Of a stretch of DNA of 64,000 bases, positions 47,966 to 58,131 are shown piece after piece. Source of the DNA: Syntrophales bacterium (lineage in GTDB: Bacteria > Desulfobacterota > Syntrophia > Syntrophales > UBA2210). Under the pieces are notes generated by a model that had not been told where the DNA came from, made no database searches, and saw nothing but the letters and a program-made list of their open reading frames with translations. The first letter of the stretch is position 1; every line of letters begins with the position of its first letter. The position numbers and the translations under genes were made by a program. The DNA lies in contig CAXXKT010000002.1 of assembly GCA_963662405.2 (NCBI GenBank), positions 96,001-160,000 on the forward strand, written 5' to 3'.

Positions 47966-50900
47966 CGCCGCCCAGCGTACCGCCGCCCTCGACACGACGC
48001 GGTCGCACCACGTCGAATCCCCCGCGGGTTCCGGCAAGACACTTCTCCTGACCCGCCGGTTTCTCAAACTCCTCGCGGAGGTCCGTGACCCGGCAGAGAT
48101 CCTGGCCATCACCTTCACCGAGAAGGCGGCCGGGGAGATGCGCGAGCGGATCACCGGCTTCCTGAACGGCAGATCACCCGCATCCGATCCCGACGGAGAA
48201 ATGGCCTCCCTCGCCGAACAGGCCCTCCGGGCGCACCAGGACCAGGCGCACCTTCTCGCCTCTGCCGATACACTCAATATCATGACGTTTCACGGCTTCT
48301 GCAGCCATATCGCCCGACGTGCCCCCCTCGAGGCACAGGTCACCCCCGATTTCGAGGTCATCGACGAAGACGCTCAGACGATCCTGATCGACGAAATCGT
48401 CCGGGCCGCCCTCCGGGGCTTCTTCTCCTACCCCGCGACCGACCCGAGGCGGAGGGCGTTTGAGAACCGTCTCCTCTACCATAACAACAACTGGACAGGC
48501 ATCTCGGAGGAATTTACCGGCATCATACGGAACCGGGGACGCTTCAGGGACCTGATCGCCCTCATACGCAGCACGGGTGGGGGGGGCATCGCGAAGCTTC
48601 CCGACATCCTGGCTCAACGGCTTCGCGGTTACGTCGAAGGCCGTCTGCAGGACTTAATGTATAGCTTTCAGAAAACGGATCTTGGCATGGACTGGCAAGC
48701 CTTCACAACCAACCTGCTCAAAGAAGAGGCACCGCTGGGTGCATTCCTCCCTCTGTCTCTTCCAGGGGCCACATGGGAAGAACTCCCCACGTGGCAGACG
48801 ATCGCCAATGCCCTCACCACAAAAACCGGGGGTACGCCGCTCAAGCGTTTCGGTCCCAAGAACGGCTTCTACAACGGCTTCGGCAAGACCCCGTGGGGGG
48901 AGATGATCTCCGCCCTGGGTGATCCCTGCTCCACCGCTCTCGCCGAGGTCAAGAGCCTCCCCTCCCCCGGCGATATGGCATCCGAGATGGATACCCTCGC
49001 GGACTTTATCGTTACCGCGGCGGACCTTATCGACCGGTACGAGACCGCCTGTCGTCAGCGGCGCGCCGTCGACTTCGACGGCCTGGAGGAGGCCGCGCTC
49101 CGGGCCCTCACCGACAGCGACCCATCGGAGATCCAGCTCTATCTCGATCACCGGATACGCCACCTTATGGTGGATGAATTCCAGGATACCAACCGGGCCC
49201 AGTGGGAACTGGTCGGCCGCCTCTGCGCCGGGTGGTCCCCCGGTGACGGACGGTCCCTCTTCATCGTGGGAGACCCCAAACAGTCCATCTATTCCTTCAG
49301 AAACGCCGAGGTGAGCCTCTTCATGGAGGCGAAGGAAGGGATACCCGTTCCCGGCGGGCGAACGGTTCCCCTCGATACACACCGCCTGGCCACGAACTTC
49401 CGCTCCGGGGAACGGCTGATCGAGTGGATCAACGGTCTTTTCGATACGGTGGTAATGAAAGACCCCGATCCCGACGCCGACGAGGTCCCCTTCAGTCCCT
49501 CCGAGCCCTACGGTGGAAGGGACGGAAGCGTGGTATCCCTCTCTCTCTTCACGGACGACGACAGGGACACCGCAAAAGACAAGGAGGCCGCGTGGCTTGC
49601 CGGAAAGGTCGGGGAGATCCTGCGAATGGTTGGCACCAACGCCTCCATCGGTATCCTCCTCTTCACCCGGAACCGGATCGGCCGCTATCTCACGGCATTG
49701 AAGGAGCACGGCATCCCCGTCCAGGTGCGGGAGGGAATCGGACTGATGGATCGCCCCGAGGTGGTGCACCTCATGAAGATCACCGAGTTCCTGGCGAATC
49801 CCCATGACGACCTCGCCGGGGCGTCCCTCCTTCGCTCTCCCTGGTCATGGTTCGACGCGAACCGCCTCTATGAGACCGCTTGTAAGGAACCGGAGAGCTG
49901 GATAGAGAAGATCCTCCTCACGGCCCGCTCCCATCCCGAGATGAAACCCCTCACGCAGGCGATAGAAAACGCCTCCCGCCGTGTGGGGCGCGATCCCTTG
50001 GGGACAACCGTCAGGGGCTTCTGGGAAGACCTGGACGGCCCCCGGCAGACGGCCTCCCGATACGGCATGGCAGGCGTGGCAAACTGCATGCGCTTCTTCG
50101 AGATACTGGAAGGAGGCCACCGCGGCACCCCTCTGGAAACCCTCCGACAGGTGAAGACAACGATAGATTCCTTCTACGAGCCTGCCGATCCCACCGCCTC
50201 GCGCTCCCCCGTGGAGATGATGACCATCCACAAGGCCAAGGGGCTCGAATTCGATTATGTCTTCCTCCCTTTCCTCGACTGGGCGCCCCTCTCGGATGTA
50301 CGAACGGGCTCCCCTCCCTATCTGATGGAGCGTGTCCCGGGGACGGAAGGAGAATATCTCGTCGCCATGGGGAAGGACCGGAGGAGGAAGGAGATCCCGC
50401 CGGCATTCAACCTCTTGAAGACCTTTCGCAAAAAAAGGCGATGGGGAGAGGCGAAACGTCTCTTCTACGTCGCGGCAACGCGGGCGAGAGAGGCCCTCTA
50501 TATGAGCGGCATCGCCAAGGAAACCGAAGATGGTGCCCTCGTAGCGGGGAGGGAAAACATCCTCAAATGGGTCATGGAGTACGAGGGGATCGCCGATACG
50601 CCTGTCGACGCCGTGAGCGCCGGGTGGAATATCCCCGTGGCAATCAACCCCGCATCTCCTCCCCTTCCGCCGGAAGAAAAGACTGCCGAGACCGCTCTTC
50701 CCGAACCGTATGATATCCAGCCGGAACGGCCCGCTTTTATCATGGCAAAATCCCCTTCCTCGTACGCGGAGGACACCCTGCGGAGAGAAGGCAACCTTGC
50801 CGTTGATGAGGCGGTCTTTAATCGGATACGGGGAACGGTCATACACACGATTCTGAGCACAGTTATACGTGGCAAGACCCTTCCCGCTGAGGAGGCAGTG

Positions 50901-51314
50901 GCGTGTGCCCTGCGGGCCGAAGGGATCGGGAAGGGCCAGGCGGGCAAAACAGCCGGTGAGATCCTCGAAGAGACGAAAAAGACACTCGCCGATCCCTTCA
51001 TCGCCCGGCTGATATCAGCCCCGGAAATACACAACGAATGGGAGATGGAAGATGTCCCCACGGAGGGGCGGATTCGCTCCGGCGTCATTGACCTCGCGGC
51101 ACGGGACGGTAATACCTGGTGGATCTGCGATTTCAAGACCTCGCGGCCGGAAGACGGTCAGTCGGTAGAAGAGTTTGTCGCCCATGAGCGGGGACTCTAC
51201 CGCCCCCAGCTTGAGGCCTACCGCGAGATGCTCTCCCACCTCAAAGGCATCCCGGAGACTCAGATCCGTGTGGGGATCTACCTGACCTCGCTCCTGCGTT
51301 GGGAAGAACTGTAG
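47949..51314 (+). CDS. addA: AddA-like UvrD helicase-nuclease
   Basis: AGSGKT, ITFTEKAA, DEFQDT, VGDPKQSIY, TIHKAKGLE, YVAATRA, GVID..DFKT..QLEAY. Confidence 0.8.
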   Translation: MKEPNDAAQRTAALDTTRSHHVESPAGSGKTLLLTRRFLKLLAEVRDPAEILAITFTEKAAGEMRERITGFLNGRSPASDPDGEMASLAEQALRAHQDQAHLLASADTLNIMTFHGFCSHIARRAPLEAQVTPDFEVIDEDAQTILIDEIVRAALRGFFSYPATDPRRRAFENRLLYHNNNWTGISEEFTGIIRNRGRFRDLIALIRSTGGGGIAKLPDILAQRLRGYVEGRLQDLMYSFQKTDLGMDWQAFTTNLLKEEAPLGAFLPLSLPGATWEELPTWQTIANALTTKTGGTPLKRFGPKNGFYNGFGKTPWGEMISALGDPCSTALAEVKSLPSPGDMASEMDTLADFIVTAADLIDRYETACRQRRAVDFDGLEEAALRALTDSDPSEIQLYLDHRIRHLMVDEFQDTNRAQWELVGRLCAGWSPGDGRSLFIVGDPKQSIYSFRNAEVSLFMEAKEGIPVPGGRTVPLDTHRLATNFRSGERLIEWINGLFDTVVMKDPDPDADEVPFSPSEPYGGRDGSVVSLSLFTDDDRDTAKDKEAAWLAGKVGEILRMVGTNASIGILLFTRNRIGRYLTALKEHGIPVQVREGIGLMDRPEVVHLMKITEFLANPHDDLAGASLLRSPWSWFDANRLYETACKEPESWIEKILLTARSHPEMKPLTQAIENASRRVGRDPLGTTVRGFWEDLDGPRQTASRYGMAGVANCMRFFEILEGGHRGTPLETLRQVKTTIDSFYEPADPTASRSPVEMMTIHKAKGLEFDYVFLPFLDWAPLSDVRTGSPPYLMERVPGTEGEYLVAMGKDRRRKEIPPAFNLLKTFRKKRRWGEAKRLFYVAATRAREALYMSGIAKETEDGALVAGRENILKWVMEYEGIADTPVDAVSAGWNIPVAINPASPPLPPEEKTAETALPEPYDIQPERPAFIMAKSPSSYAEDTLRREGNLAVDEAVFNRIRGTVIHTILSTVIRGKTLPAEEAVACALRAEGIGKGQAGKTAGEILEETKKTLADPFIARLISAPEIHNEWEMEDVPTEGRIRSGVIDLAARDGNTWWICDFKTSRPEDGQSVEEFVAHERGLYRPQLEAYREMLSHLKGIPETQIRVGIYLTSLLRWEEL
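51237..51314 (+). repeat. addA 3' end, copy 1 of a degenerate direct repeat
   Basis: Encodes HLKGIPETQIRVGIYLTSLLRWEEL*. Confidence 0.8.
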
Positions 51315-51369
51315 CTGATAGTTGTCGATACAAAGCTTGAGCCATTCTCCGGAGCATGCGATGCGGTCC

Positions 51370-53013
51370 TCATGAAAGCGCTTCCTTGAGGAAACGTCGG
51401 ACTGAGCTGATGTGTTCTTGAGACCAGATAAAAGGAGACGACGGATGCCCCCCCTTTTTACACAGGTCTTTCGACAGGGTCGGGTATTCTTGCAGTAATC
51501 CCGCTATCGTCATGGTTGTTTCTCCATCGATAAACACCTGCAAACAATCCACGTGATCATTAAACTCCCACGGTCGGCCGGATAAGATATAAAAACGCAA
51601 CAGGTTGCCCATACGACTCATTTCGTCAGTTTGTTCGGCAGGTCTTACTGTTTCATTAAGGTGATGGATGAACTCCAATACGGCCTTTGCCGTGTGGAGG
51701 ACAACATCATCAAATAACATTTTCCAGCCCACTTGAAATAACGTGACCAGACGGTGTTCTTTCAAAAGGGCCGCAAGGGGATCGGTCGGCTGTTTTTTTC
51801 CTGGTGCTGTGCCTGTCTTGAGCAGATACTCACTGCCCAGATTGCAGACTGAAAGGGCCGCTTCGGCCGCTTCCTTCGGCTGAAACGCTCGCCCCTGAAA
51901 TACACACCCGGAAATCAATGTATTGGACAGATAGGAAAGCTCCATCAGTCGTTGGGAACAGAGTTCTGTATCCGTTTGGTAGATACAGCGCATGGCCGTA
52001 GCCAGCGGCACAAATTGATCCCCGAAATCAGCTCCGTTATAATTGAGCAATTTATGGTCGGAAAACGGAAGCCCCTCCGCATTCCGGAGTATTTGGATAA
52101 ATTGTATGACCTTCAGATCAGTGGATTCTGAAGCCTCCTCTTCAGCTGTTTTGTCAGCAGTCCGAGTCCTGGCGGCAGGTCCGGTTTCCGCTTCGACCGC
52201 CTTGAAATATGCACGGGTAGTAAAGTCCATTGTTTTTGCCGCAACAATCTCCGGCAATGAAGCTGTCCGCACCTCACTCAAGAAAAACGCCGCTGACCTC
52301 GGTGTGACAAATCCCCTGCCCTCTCTTCGCTCTCTCCGTTCAGATGATACATCTTCTTCGAGCATCTCATCTGCTGTAAGCACATGAAAAAGGCCGCCAT
52401 TGTCTTCGATATGCTCTCCGCAAATTGCATGACATCGATCCAGCAGACGAATCAGCATGTCATAATCGGACGCATCAAGTTCCGTTATCAAAGCGCAGAC
52501 CGTACCCCAACTTGACTCATGTTTTGCAATCACCAGATATTCGCCGAACTCCTGGTTGAGCGAACTGTCCAGAACCTTTTCCAAGATGTTGCCATTCCCC
52601 GGCCCCCAGTCATCATCCGCATAAAGAGCAGGATCATGCCTGCCCACCACCAGAACAAGCCGGCACAAACCCAAAGTTACTAAATCCTCATCCAGTTCCA
52701 TAACCTTGCGGGCGGCAAAAGCTGATCCGTTTTCCATCATGATTTCCAGCCACAGACCGAAACGCTCGGCATCAAAGGTTTCATCCCGGCCGGGGACCTC
52801 GCTATGCCAAAGATCCTCATCAAGAACAGACTTCAACTGTTCTGATGTGGCAAGAGAAACGATTTGCGCCGAATCCTCCAACCCTACATGGCGAATCAGT
52901 CTGGTCAGAACACCGGCATCCAGACTTTGAACGATAGCGGGCAATTCCGGCAGGTCCAGAATATGATGTAGCAATTCTCCGGGCTGTTTACGTTTACGAA
53001 TAAGGGATGTCAT
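51370..53013 (-). CDS. Hypothetical protein (DUF6178-like)
   Basis: Long ORF; LIRHVGLEDS...LDEDLW...WLE and RREGRGFV patterns. Confidence 0.7.
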   Translation of the reverse strand: MTSLIRKRKQPGELLHHILDLPELPAIVQSLDAGVLTRLIRHVGLEDSAQIVSLATSEQLKSVLDEDLWHSEVPGRDETFDAERFGLWLEIMMENGSAFAARKVMELDEDLVTLGLCRLVLVVGRHDPALYADDDWGPGNGNILEKVLDSSLNQEFGEYLVIAKHESSWGTVCALITELDASDYDMLIRLLDRCHAICGEHIEDNGGLFHVLTADEMLEEDVSSERRERREGRGFVTPRSAAFFLSEVRTASLPEIVAAKTMDFTTRAYFKAVEAETGPAARTRTADKTAEEEASESTDLKVIQFIQILRNAEGLPFSDHKLLNYNGADFGDQFVPLATAMRCIYQTDTELCSQRLMELSYLSNTLISGCVFQGRAFQPKEAAEAALSVCNLGSEYLLKTGTAPGKKQPTDPLAALLKEHRLVTLFQVGWKMLFDDVVLHTAKAVLEFIHHLNETVRPAEQTDEMSRMGNLLRFYILSGRPWEFNDHVDCLQVFIDGETTMTIAGLLQEYPTLSKDLCKKGGHPSSPFIWSQEHISSVRRFLKEALS

Positions 53014-53146
53014 AAGCACCTGATCGTTTTGGTTTCGTTTCGACTGGTTACCTTCAAAACACTGAGGGAATGTGAAGCGGTTTATTGCATACTATTCACC
53101 GGCATGTCAAATGTTATTATTATAATAATAACGATGAGTTATGTTC

Positions 53147-53175
53147 TTGACACCCATACACAACACTGATATACT
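53147..53175 (+). promoter_or_regulatory. Sigma70-type promoter
   Basis: TTGACA-17 nt-TATACT. Confidence 0.6.
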
Positions 53176-53222
53176 GTTTTTTAAGAATCGTGTTAGAGAT
53201 CACAAAAATCAGGCCCATCTAT

Positions 53223-53262
53223 GAGTGAAGCTCCCCGCGGCTTGCCGCGGGGAGCTTCACTC
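53223..53262. repeat. Perfect 19-bp-arm palindrome (REP / IS200-IS605 end-like hairpin)
   Basis: GAGTGAAGCTCCCCGCGGC-TT-GCCGCGGGGAGCTTCACTC. Confidence 0.8.
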
Positions 53263-53279
53263 TTGAGTAGGAAAGTCGA

Positions 53280-54080
53280 ATGTTGCATTGGCTCGCCGAC
53301 CGTCGCAGAAAGAAGCTGACCCGGGCCCCTTTCCCTCCTGCATGGGAGGATATCATCCACCGTAACGTCGCCCACTACTGTATGCTGGAAGATGCCGAGC
53401 GTGCCCACCTGCGTGCCCTGATCCAGGTTTTTATCGCCGAAAAGAATTGGGAAGGTGTCGGTGGGCTGGATTTGACCGACGAGATCCGTGTAACGATATC
53501 CGCTCAGGCCTGTCTGCTTCTTCTGGGTCTGCCCCATGACTATTACCGGAATGTCGAATCCATCATCGTCTATCCCTCTACCGTTGTTCCGCCTCAACGC
53601 AAGCCGGGCTTCTTTGAAAACACATTGGCACCAGTGGAACTGGAGCATCCCATTATCGGGCAGGCGTTCCAGGGGGGACCGGTAATTATTATCTGGGATG
53701 CAGCCCTGCGCGGCGGTCGCCATCCCGAGTCCGGGTACAATGTCATTTATCATGAATTCGCCCACAAACTGGACATGCTCGACGGCACTGCCGACGGGAC
53801 GCCTCCGCTACGCGACCGTGCCGAATACCGTGACTGGGTCCAGACCTGTTCACGTGAATACCTCCGTCTCAAACACGATACCGACAAAGGCAGGAAGTCC
53901 TTCCTCAATCCTTACGGCGCGACCAGCGAAGCTGAATTCTTCGCCGTCGCCACCGAGCAATTCTTCGATCAGCCCCGATTGATGCTTCAGCATACCCCGG
54001 ACCTGTATCGTGTTTTACGGGAATATTACCGCCAGGATCCTTCCGGACGCGTGTCCCGGGATAACTGCACGGACGAATAG
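53280..54080 (+). CDS. M90 (MtfA-like) zinc metallopeptidase
   Basis: ISAQACL, IVYP, NVIYHEFAHKLD, YGAT..AEFFAVATE.FF. Confidence 0.9.
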   Translation: MLHWLADRRRKKLTRAPFPPAWEDIIHRNVAHYCMLEDAERAHLRALIQVFIAEKNWEGVGGLDLTDEIRVTISAQACLLLLGLPHDYYRNVESIIVYPSTVVPPQRKPGFFENTLAPVELEHPIIGQAFQGGPVIIIWDAALRGGRHPESGYNVIYHEFAHKLDMLDGTADGTPPLRDRAEYRDWVQTCSREYLRLKHDTDKGRKSFLNPYGATSEAEFFAVATEQFFDQPRLMLQHTPDLYRVLREYYRQDPSGRVSRDNCTDE

Positions 54081-54153
54081 TACCATCAGGACTGAACGGG
54101 CGGGAGACAAAGGGCACGCTCTCACAGACCGATTAATAGAGCGGGATACTGCA

Positions 54154-54231
54154 CATCTCATGGACATACCGGTGACTCGGAACCACTCAGGGATCTTCCT
54201 GACCGCCCTCCTGCGGTGGGAAGAACTGTAA
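54154..54231 (+). repeat. Degenerate duplicate of the addA 3' end (copy 2)
   Basis: Encodes HLMDIPVTRNHSGIFLTALLRWEEL*; last 42 nt match addA at 37 positions. Confidence 0.8.
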
Positions 54232-54447
54232 CAGCTCTTTTCAACTGCATAAATTTCTTGACAATACATTTTTAAAAGGTATGGTTTTTGTACGTTCCGA
54301 GTGAGGGTTTTTTGTTCTAAAGGGATGTTATGCGGTTCTACATAGCCCTATCATGATAAATAACGGATTTTATAAAACAACAGTTGCTGTGTTTGGGGTT
54401 TTATCAAAATCCGGATAATCACCGTTACGAATTAAATTTATTTGATT

Positions 54448-55260
54448 ATGCCTTATACAAAACATCCTGACTTTCTCCCGCCCAATGATCCTAATTCGAA
54501 GATTTGGCGTTATATGGATCTCGCAAAATTTCTTTCAATCTTGGAAAACCGTTGCTTGTATTTTGTTCGTTTGGATCAACTGGCAAATGTTGACCCATTT
54601 GAAGGTTATTATACGAATCTGAACGTAAAAATTGACAATATACCATTTGAAAACATGCCTAAAGAGTGGAAGGAAAAAAATGGCGTAGATACGAAAGAGC
54701 TTTATGAGGCAATAATTCAAGCGAATAAAGACAGTAGAGAGTTTGTAAAATATAATCGAGAAGTAACTTTTGTCAATTCATGGCATATTAAAGAATACGA
54801 ATCTGCTGCCATGTGGAATTTATATTTAAGCAATCATGAAGGCGTTTGCATTCGATCAACATATAACAAATTTATCAAATCTTTGGAGGCCTATGATGAT
54901 TTTGAAATACACATTGGAAAAATAAAATACATTGACTATCAGAGCGAGGCAATACCCATGGGTAACATATTTTCACCTTTTATCTATAAAAGAAAAAGTT
55001 TTGAACACGAAGAAGAACTAAGAGCATTAATTTGGACACCACAGTATGGCAAGAATAATATTTCTGATCGAGAACTTAACAGATATAAAAACAATATGGG
55101 TTTGTATGTTCCAGTTAATGTTGAAGAATTAGTTGAAAAGATTTTTGTTTGCCCAAGTGCCCCAAAATGGATTGCTGATCTAATACGTTCCCTAGTGAAA
55201 AAATATGAATTAACCATTGAGGTTATTCAGTCAGACTTAGCCGCAAAACCTTTGTATTAG
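54448..55260 (+). CDS. Low-GC hypothetical protein (DUF2971-like)
   Basis: IWRYMD, DPFEG, ESAAMW..Y, KRKSFEHEEELR; markedly AT-rich; TTGACA-16-TATGGT upstream at 54258. Confidence 0.75.
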   Translation: MPYTKHPDFLPPNDPNSKIWRYMDLAKFLSILENRCLYFVRLDQLANVDPFEGYYTNLNVKIDNIPFENMPKEWKEKNGVDTKELYEAIIQANKDSREFVKYNREVTFVNSWHIKEYESAAMWNLYLSNHEGVCIRSTYNKFIKSLEAYDDFEIHIGKIKYIDYQSEAIPMGNIFSPFIYKRKSFEHEEELRALIWTPQYGKNNISDRELNRYKNNMGLYVPVNVEELVEKIFVCPSAPKWIADLIRSLVKKYELTIEVIQSDLAAKPLY

Positions 55261-55416
55261 GAAAAATATATGGCTAACATGAAATTTCACCAGAAAGACA
55301 GGCCGTAATGGACATGTGGGGATATTCCTATGTTTAAAGTTAGACCTTATCATTTCTAGCAGAAATTCATTGAAATCTAAAAGATACAATACGTAACCTG
55401 GGAGGCTCCAAATCAT

Positions 55417-56235
55417 ATGAAGCATTTGAAATGGACATCGTTTCTTGCGGCGATTCTGATCCTGCTGGGCGGGTGTGCGGCAAAGCAAAACGATTCTTTG
55501 TACGGCACGCTGTGGGTGCAAACGTCGGCCGAATATGAGGCCAATTGCCTCCAGGTGTATAACGTGGCCGAGAAGAATATCCATTCGGCCCTCAATGAGA
55601 CCGGCTGGACCGCCGCCCTTGAGCAAACGGGGGATTTCGCCTCTCTTCCCCCTGCCGTTATCATGGATATCGACGATACGCTGCTGGACACGTCCCCATA
55701 TCAGGCACAGATTATCATTGATGGAAAGGGATTCAGTCCCCGAACGTGGGATGAGTGGCTGGCGCTGAAAAACGCCCCCGCCGTCCCCGGCGCCGTGCGT
55801 TTTATCCAATCATTGAAAGAAAAGGATATCGAGGTCTTCTACATCACCAACCGGGAATGCAAAAAGCGACAGGGAACAGATTGCATGTGCCCCCAGGAGC
55901 AGGAAGTCATCGATAACCTTGCCGCGGTCGGCATCGACGGCGTGAAGGCGGAGCATGTACTGCTCAAACACGAGCGACCCGGCTGGTCGTCGGAGAAGAA
56001 GAGCAGGCGGGAATCCGTAGCCGCCTGGTACAGGATCTTGATGCTCTTCGGCGATGATCTCGGCGATTTTCTCCCCGGTGTGACGAAAAGCATCACCCCC
56101 CTCCGGCGGGATGAGCTGGTACGGCAGTACCGGAGCAACTGGGGTCACACATGGTACATGCTGAGTAACCCGATATACGGTTCGTGGCTGCGGGTACTGG
56201 ACGATCCGAAATCGAGACACTTGGTCGGGTACTAG
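55417..56235 (+). CDS. Lipoprotein e(P4)-family HAD acid phosphatase / 5'-nucleotidase
   Basis: Lipobox LGGC; DIDDT; ITNR; GDDLGDF; NPIYGSW. Confidence 0.9.
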   Translation: MKHLKWTSFLAAILILLGGCAAKQNDSLYGTLWVQTSAEYEANCLQVYNVAEKNIHSALNETGWTAALEQTGDFASLPPAVIMDIDDTLLDTSPYQAQIIIDGKGFSPRTWDEWLALKNAPAVPGAVRFIQSLKEKDIEVFYITNRECKKRQGTDCMCPQEQEVIDNLAAVGIDGVKAEHVLLKHERPGWSSEKKSRRESVAAWYRILMLFGDDLGDFLPGVTKSITPLRRDELVRQYRSNWGHTWYMLSNPIYGSWLRVLDDPKSRHLVGY

Positions 56236-56333
56236 GCGGTTGTTATTTGACTGACATCGGAATATCGCATTTTTACCTTGTCCTTCACGGTACACACAGA
56301 GCGAGAGCCGGGGCAAAGAGGAGAACAAGACAA

Positions 56334-56528
56334 ATGGACGGAACAAGACGTGACCAGATACACCTCGGATCAGAGGTATGCATAGTGCTGAAGAAAGATC
56401 AGCGATCAGGAGCGCTCACAAAAGGGATTGTGAAAGACATACTGACGAAATCCCCGTTTCACCATCACGGGATCAAGGTCCGGCTGGAAGGGGGTGCGAT
56501 CGGGCGGGTCAAGGAAATCATACTATAG
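56334..56528 (+). CDS. YwbE family protein
   Basis: IVLKKDQRSG.LT.G.VKDILT.S..H.HGIKVRL..G.IGRV. Confidence 0.88.
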   Translation: MDGTRRDQIHLGSEVCIVLKKDQRSGALTKGIVKDILTKSPFHHHGIKVRLEGGAIGRVKEIIL

Positions 56529-56616
56529 TGGGTGATCTGCATGAACGACAAAAAGAGGTGACCACGGTCTTTGTGTCGTCGGCCTCCATCCGTCTTTTAC
56601 AACGCCCTCTCTGCGG

Positions 56617-58131
56617 CTACAGACTCCACACAACGGAGCTCACGACCCGGTCGTTGTTGCGCCATTTACCGAAGTAGGTATCCAGGGGGCCACTGAAGAA
56701 TTCGAGGTCGAGGGTAAGGACAACCCCCGATACGACCCGCAGTGAGGCACCGATCCGCTGGAAATACGCCTCGTCGGACAGGGTGAAATCAGAAAGATAA
56801 TGCAGCGAGAGATCATCCGTGACCGTTGCGATCAGACTGGCTATGAGGTCATTTCGGCCAATGCGCCCATATTTGGAGCCCAGTATGTAGTCCGTATCAT
56901 CCTGCTCATCCGTAATACATTCACCGGCGTATTCAAGCCCAAGGTCGATTTTTTTCAGTCCGAGAACCGAGGCCAGACGATCGCTGGAGTGGCACAGCCC
57001 CCCCACATAGTTGATATAACTCTCATCACGTTCGTCACAGCTATAGCTGTAGAGGGCTTCTCCGTGAAATTCGGTATTCCCCCAGGTTGTAGAGAATCCC
57101 CCGGCCAGCTGATATACGTTGGGCGTCTCCTTGATGAGTGTCGCGGTGCCGGCGGTTTCTTCCAGCCTGATAACGGGATAAAAAGCCGGACCGTAATAGC
57201 CCGAAACGAAGGCGTCCCACATCCCCACGGATGTCTTGACGCGACCGAACCACCCCCAGTCTCCCGGATCATTATCGGGAAGCTCTTCCCTGACGCGTAT
57301 GGTCTTACCGCTGTCGAGCAGATCAACAAACCGGCTGTCGCCCAGGAGGCTATTGATCACGAAAGACAGGATTTCCTCCAGTTCCTCAAGCGATCCCGGA
57401 ACGGTGTATGATGGGTCCAAAAGATCGGTATTGATCCAGCGTGACCCGACGGCCGAAGCCTTCTTCTCCTGGTAGAAGGGCAGGACAGCACCCGTATAGA
57501 CTGTATCTCCCCGTGAATAATCGCAGGCCAGCTGCCAGGAACCTATCTGGATCGGATTCAGCGGATCGCTCAGATCGGCGGACGTATAGCGGTCGGCGGG
57601 TGAATATATCGTCGATATGCCGTTTTTGAAAATCTTTTTCCCCACGGTACAGAGGGCGGCATCATATGAAAGGGTGAAGAAGAGCTCATTCAATTCCGCG
57701 TACCGTTCCTTGTTATCGGTATCGGTCATGAAGTGGGTCACCCCCCCATATTCATTCTCTCCGGTCCCCGCCGTAAACCAGCCGGCGGCATGGAAGTTCC
57801 ACCGGTCTTTCCCCGTCCATGAGGACCAGTTGGCGCGTACCTGCCCGTCCCAGTGGTCATCGTCTTCGACATCAAAATACTTTTGAGAAGCGAGGGAGGG
57901 TGAGTCAACAAAATACGAACACCGAAGTTCCAGTTCCGCGCTGAAATGATCAATCAGCTGACTGCCGATGCTCTCCGGTGCCCGTGCATCAGACAGCTTA
58001 CCCGTCTTCATGTAGCTATCGAGCTCGGTCAGTCTATCCTGCCGATCGGCAGAATAGACGCGCGGGGTCCCCACACCGGCGGTGGATAGTATCAACAGGG
58101 GAAGTATGAATCCGATCAGTTTTTTTATCAT
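56617..58131 (-). CDS. Exported, probable outer-membrane beta-barrel protein
   Basis: Signal peptide, aromatic beta-strand pattern, last gene of the MMPL operon. Confidence 0.65.
   Translation of the reverse strand: MIKKLIGFILPLLILSTAGVGTPRVYSADRQDRLTELDSYMKTGKLSDARAPESIGSQLIDHFSAELELRCSYFVDSPSLASQKYFDVEDDDHWDGQVRANWSSWTGKDRWNFHAAGWFTAGTGENEYGGVTHFMTDTDNKERYAELNELFFTLSYDAALCTVGKKIFKNGISTIYSPADRYTSADLSDPLNPIQIGSWQLACDYSRGDTVYTGAVLPFYQEKKASAVGSRWINTDLLDPSYTVPGSLEELEEILSFVINSLLGDSRFVDLLDSGKTIRVREELPDNDPGDWGWFGRVKTSVGMWDAFVSGYYGPAFYPVIRLEETAGTATLIKETPNVYQLAGGFSTTWGNTEFHGEALYSYSCDERDESYINYVGGLCHSSDRLASVLGLKKIDLGLEYAGECITDEQDDTDYILGSKYGRIGRNDLIASLIATVTDDLSLHYLSDFTLSDEAYFQRIGASLRVVSGVVLTLDLEFFSGPLDTYFGKWRNNDRVVSSVVWSL

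Noticed and set aside
45293..51314. Helicase-nuclease pair as an anti-phage or Cas4-associated system
   Set aside because: Order, sizes and motifs fit housekeeping AddAB; no CRISPR repeats or cas genes seen
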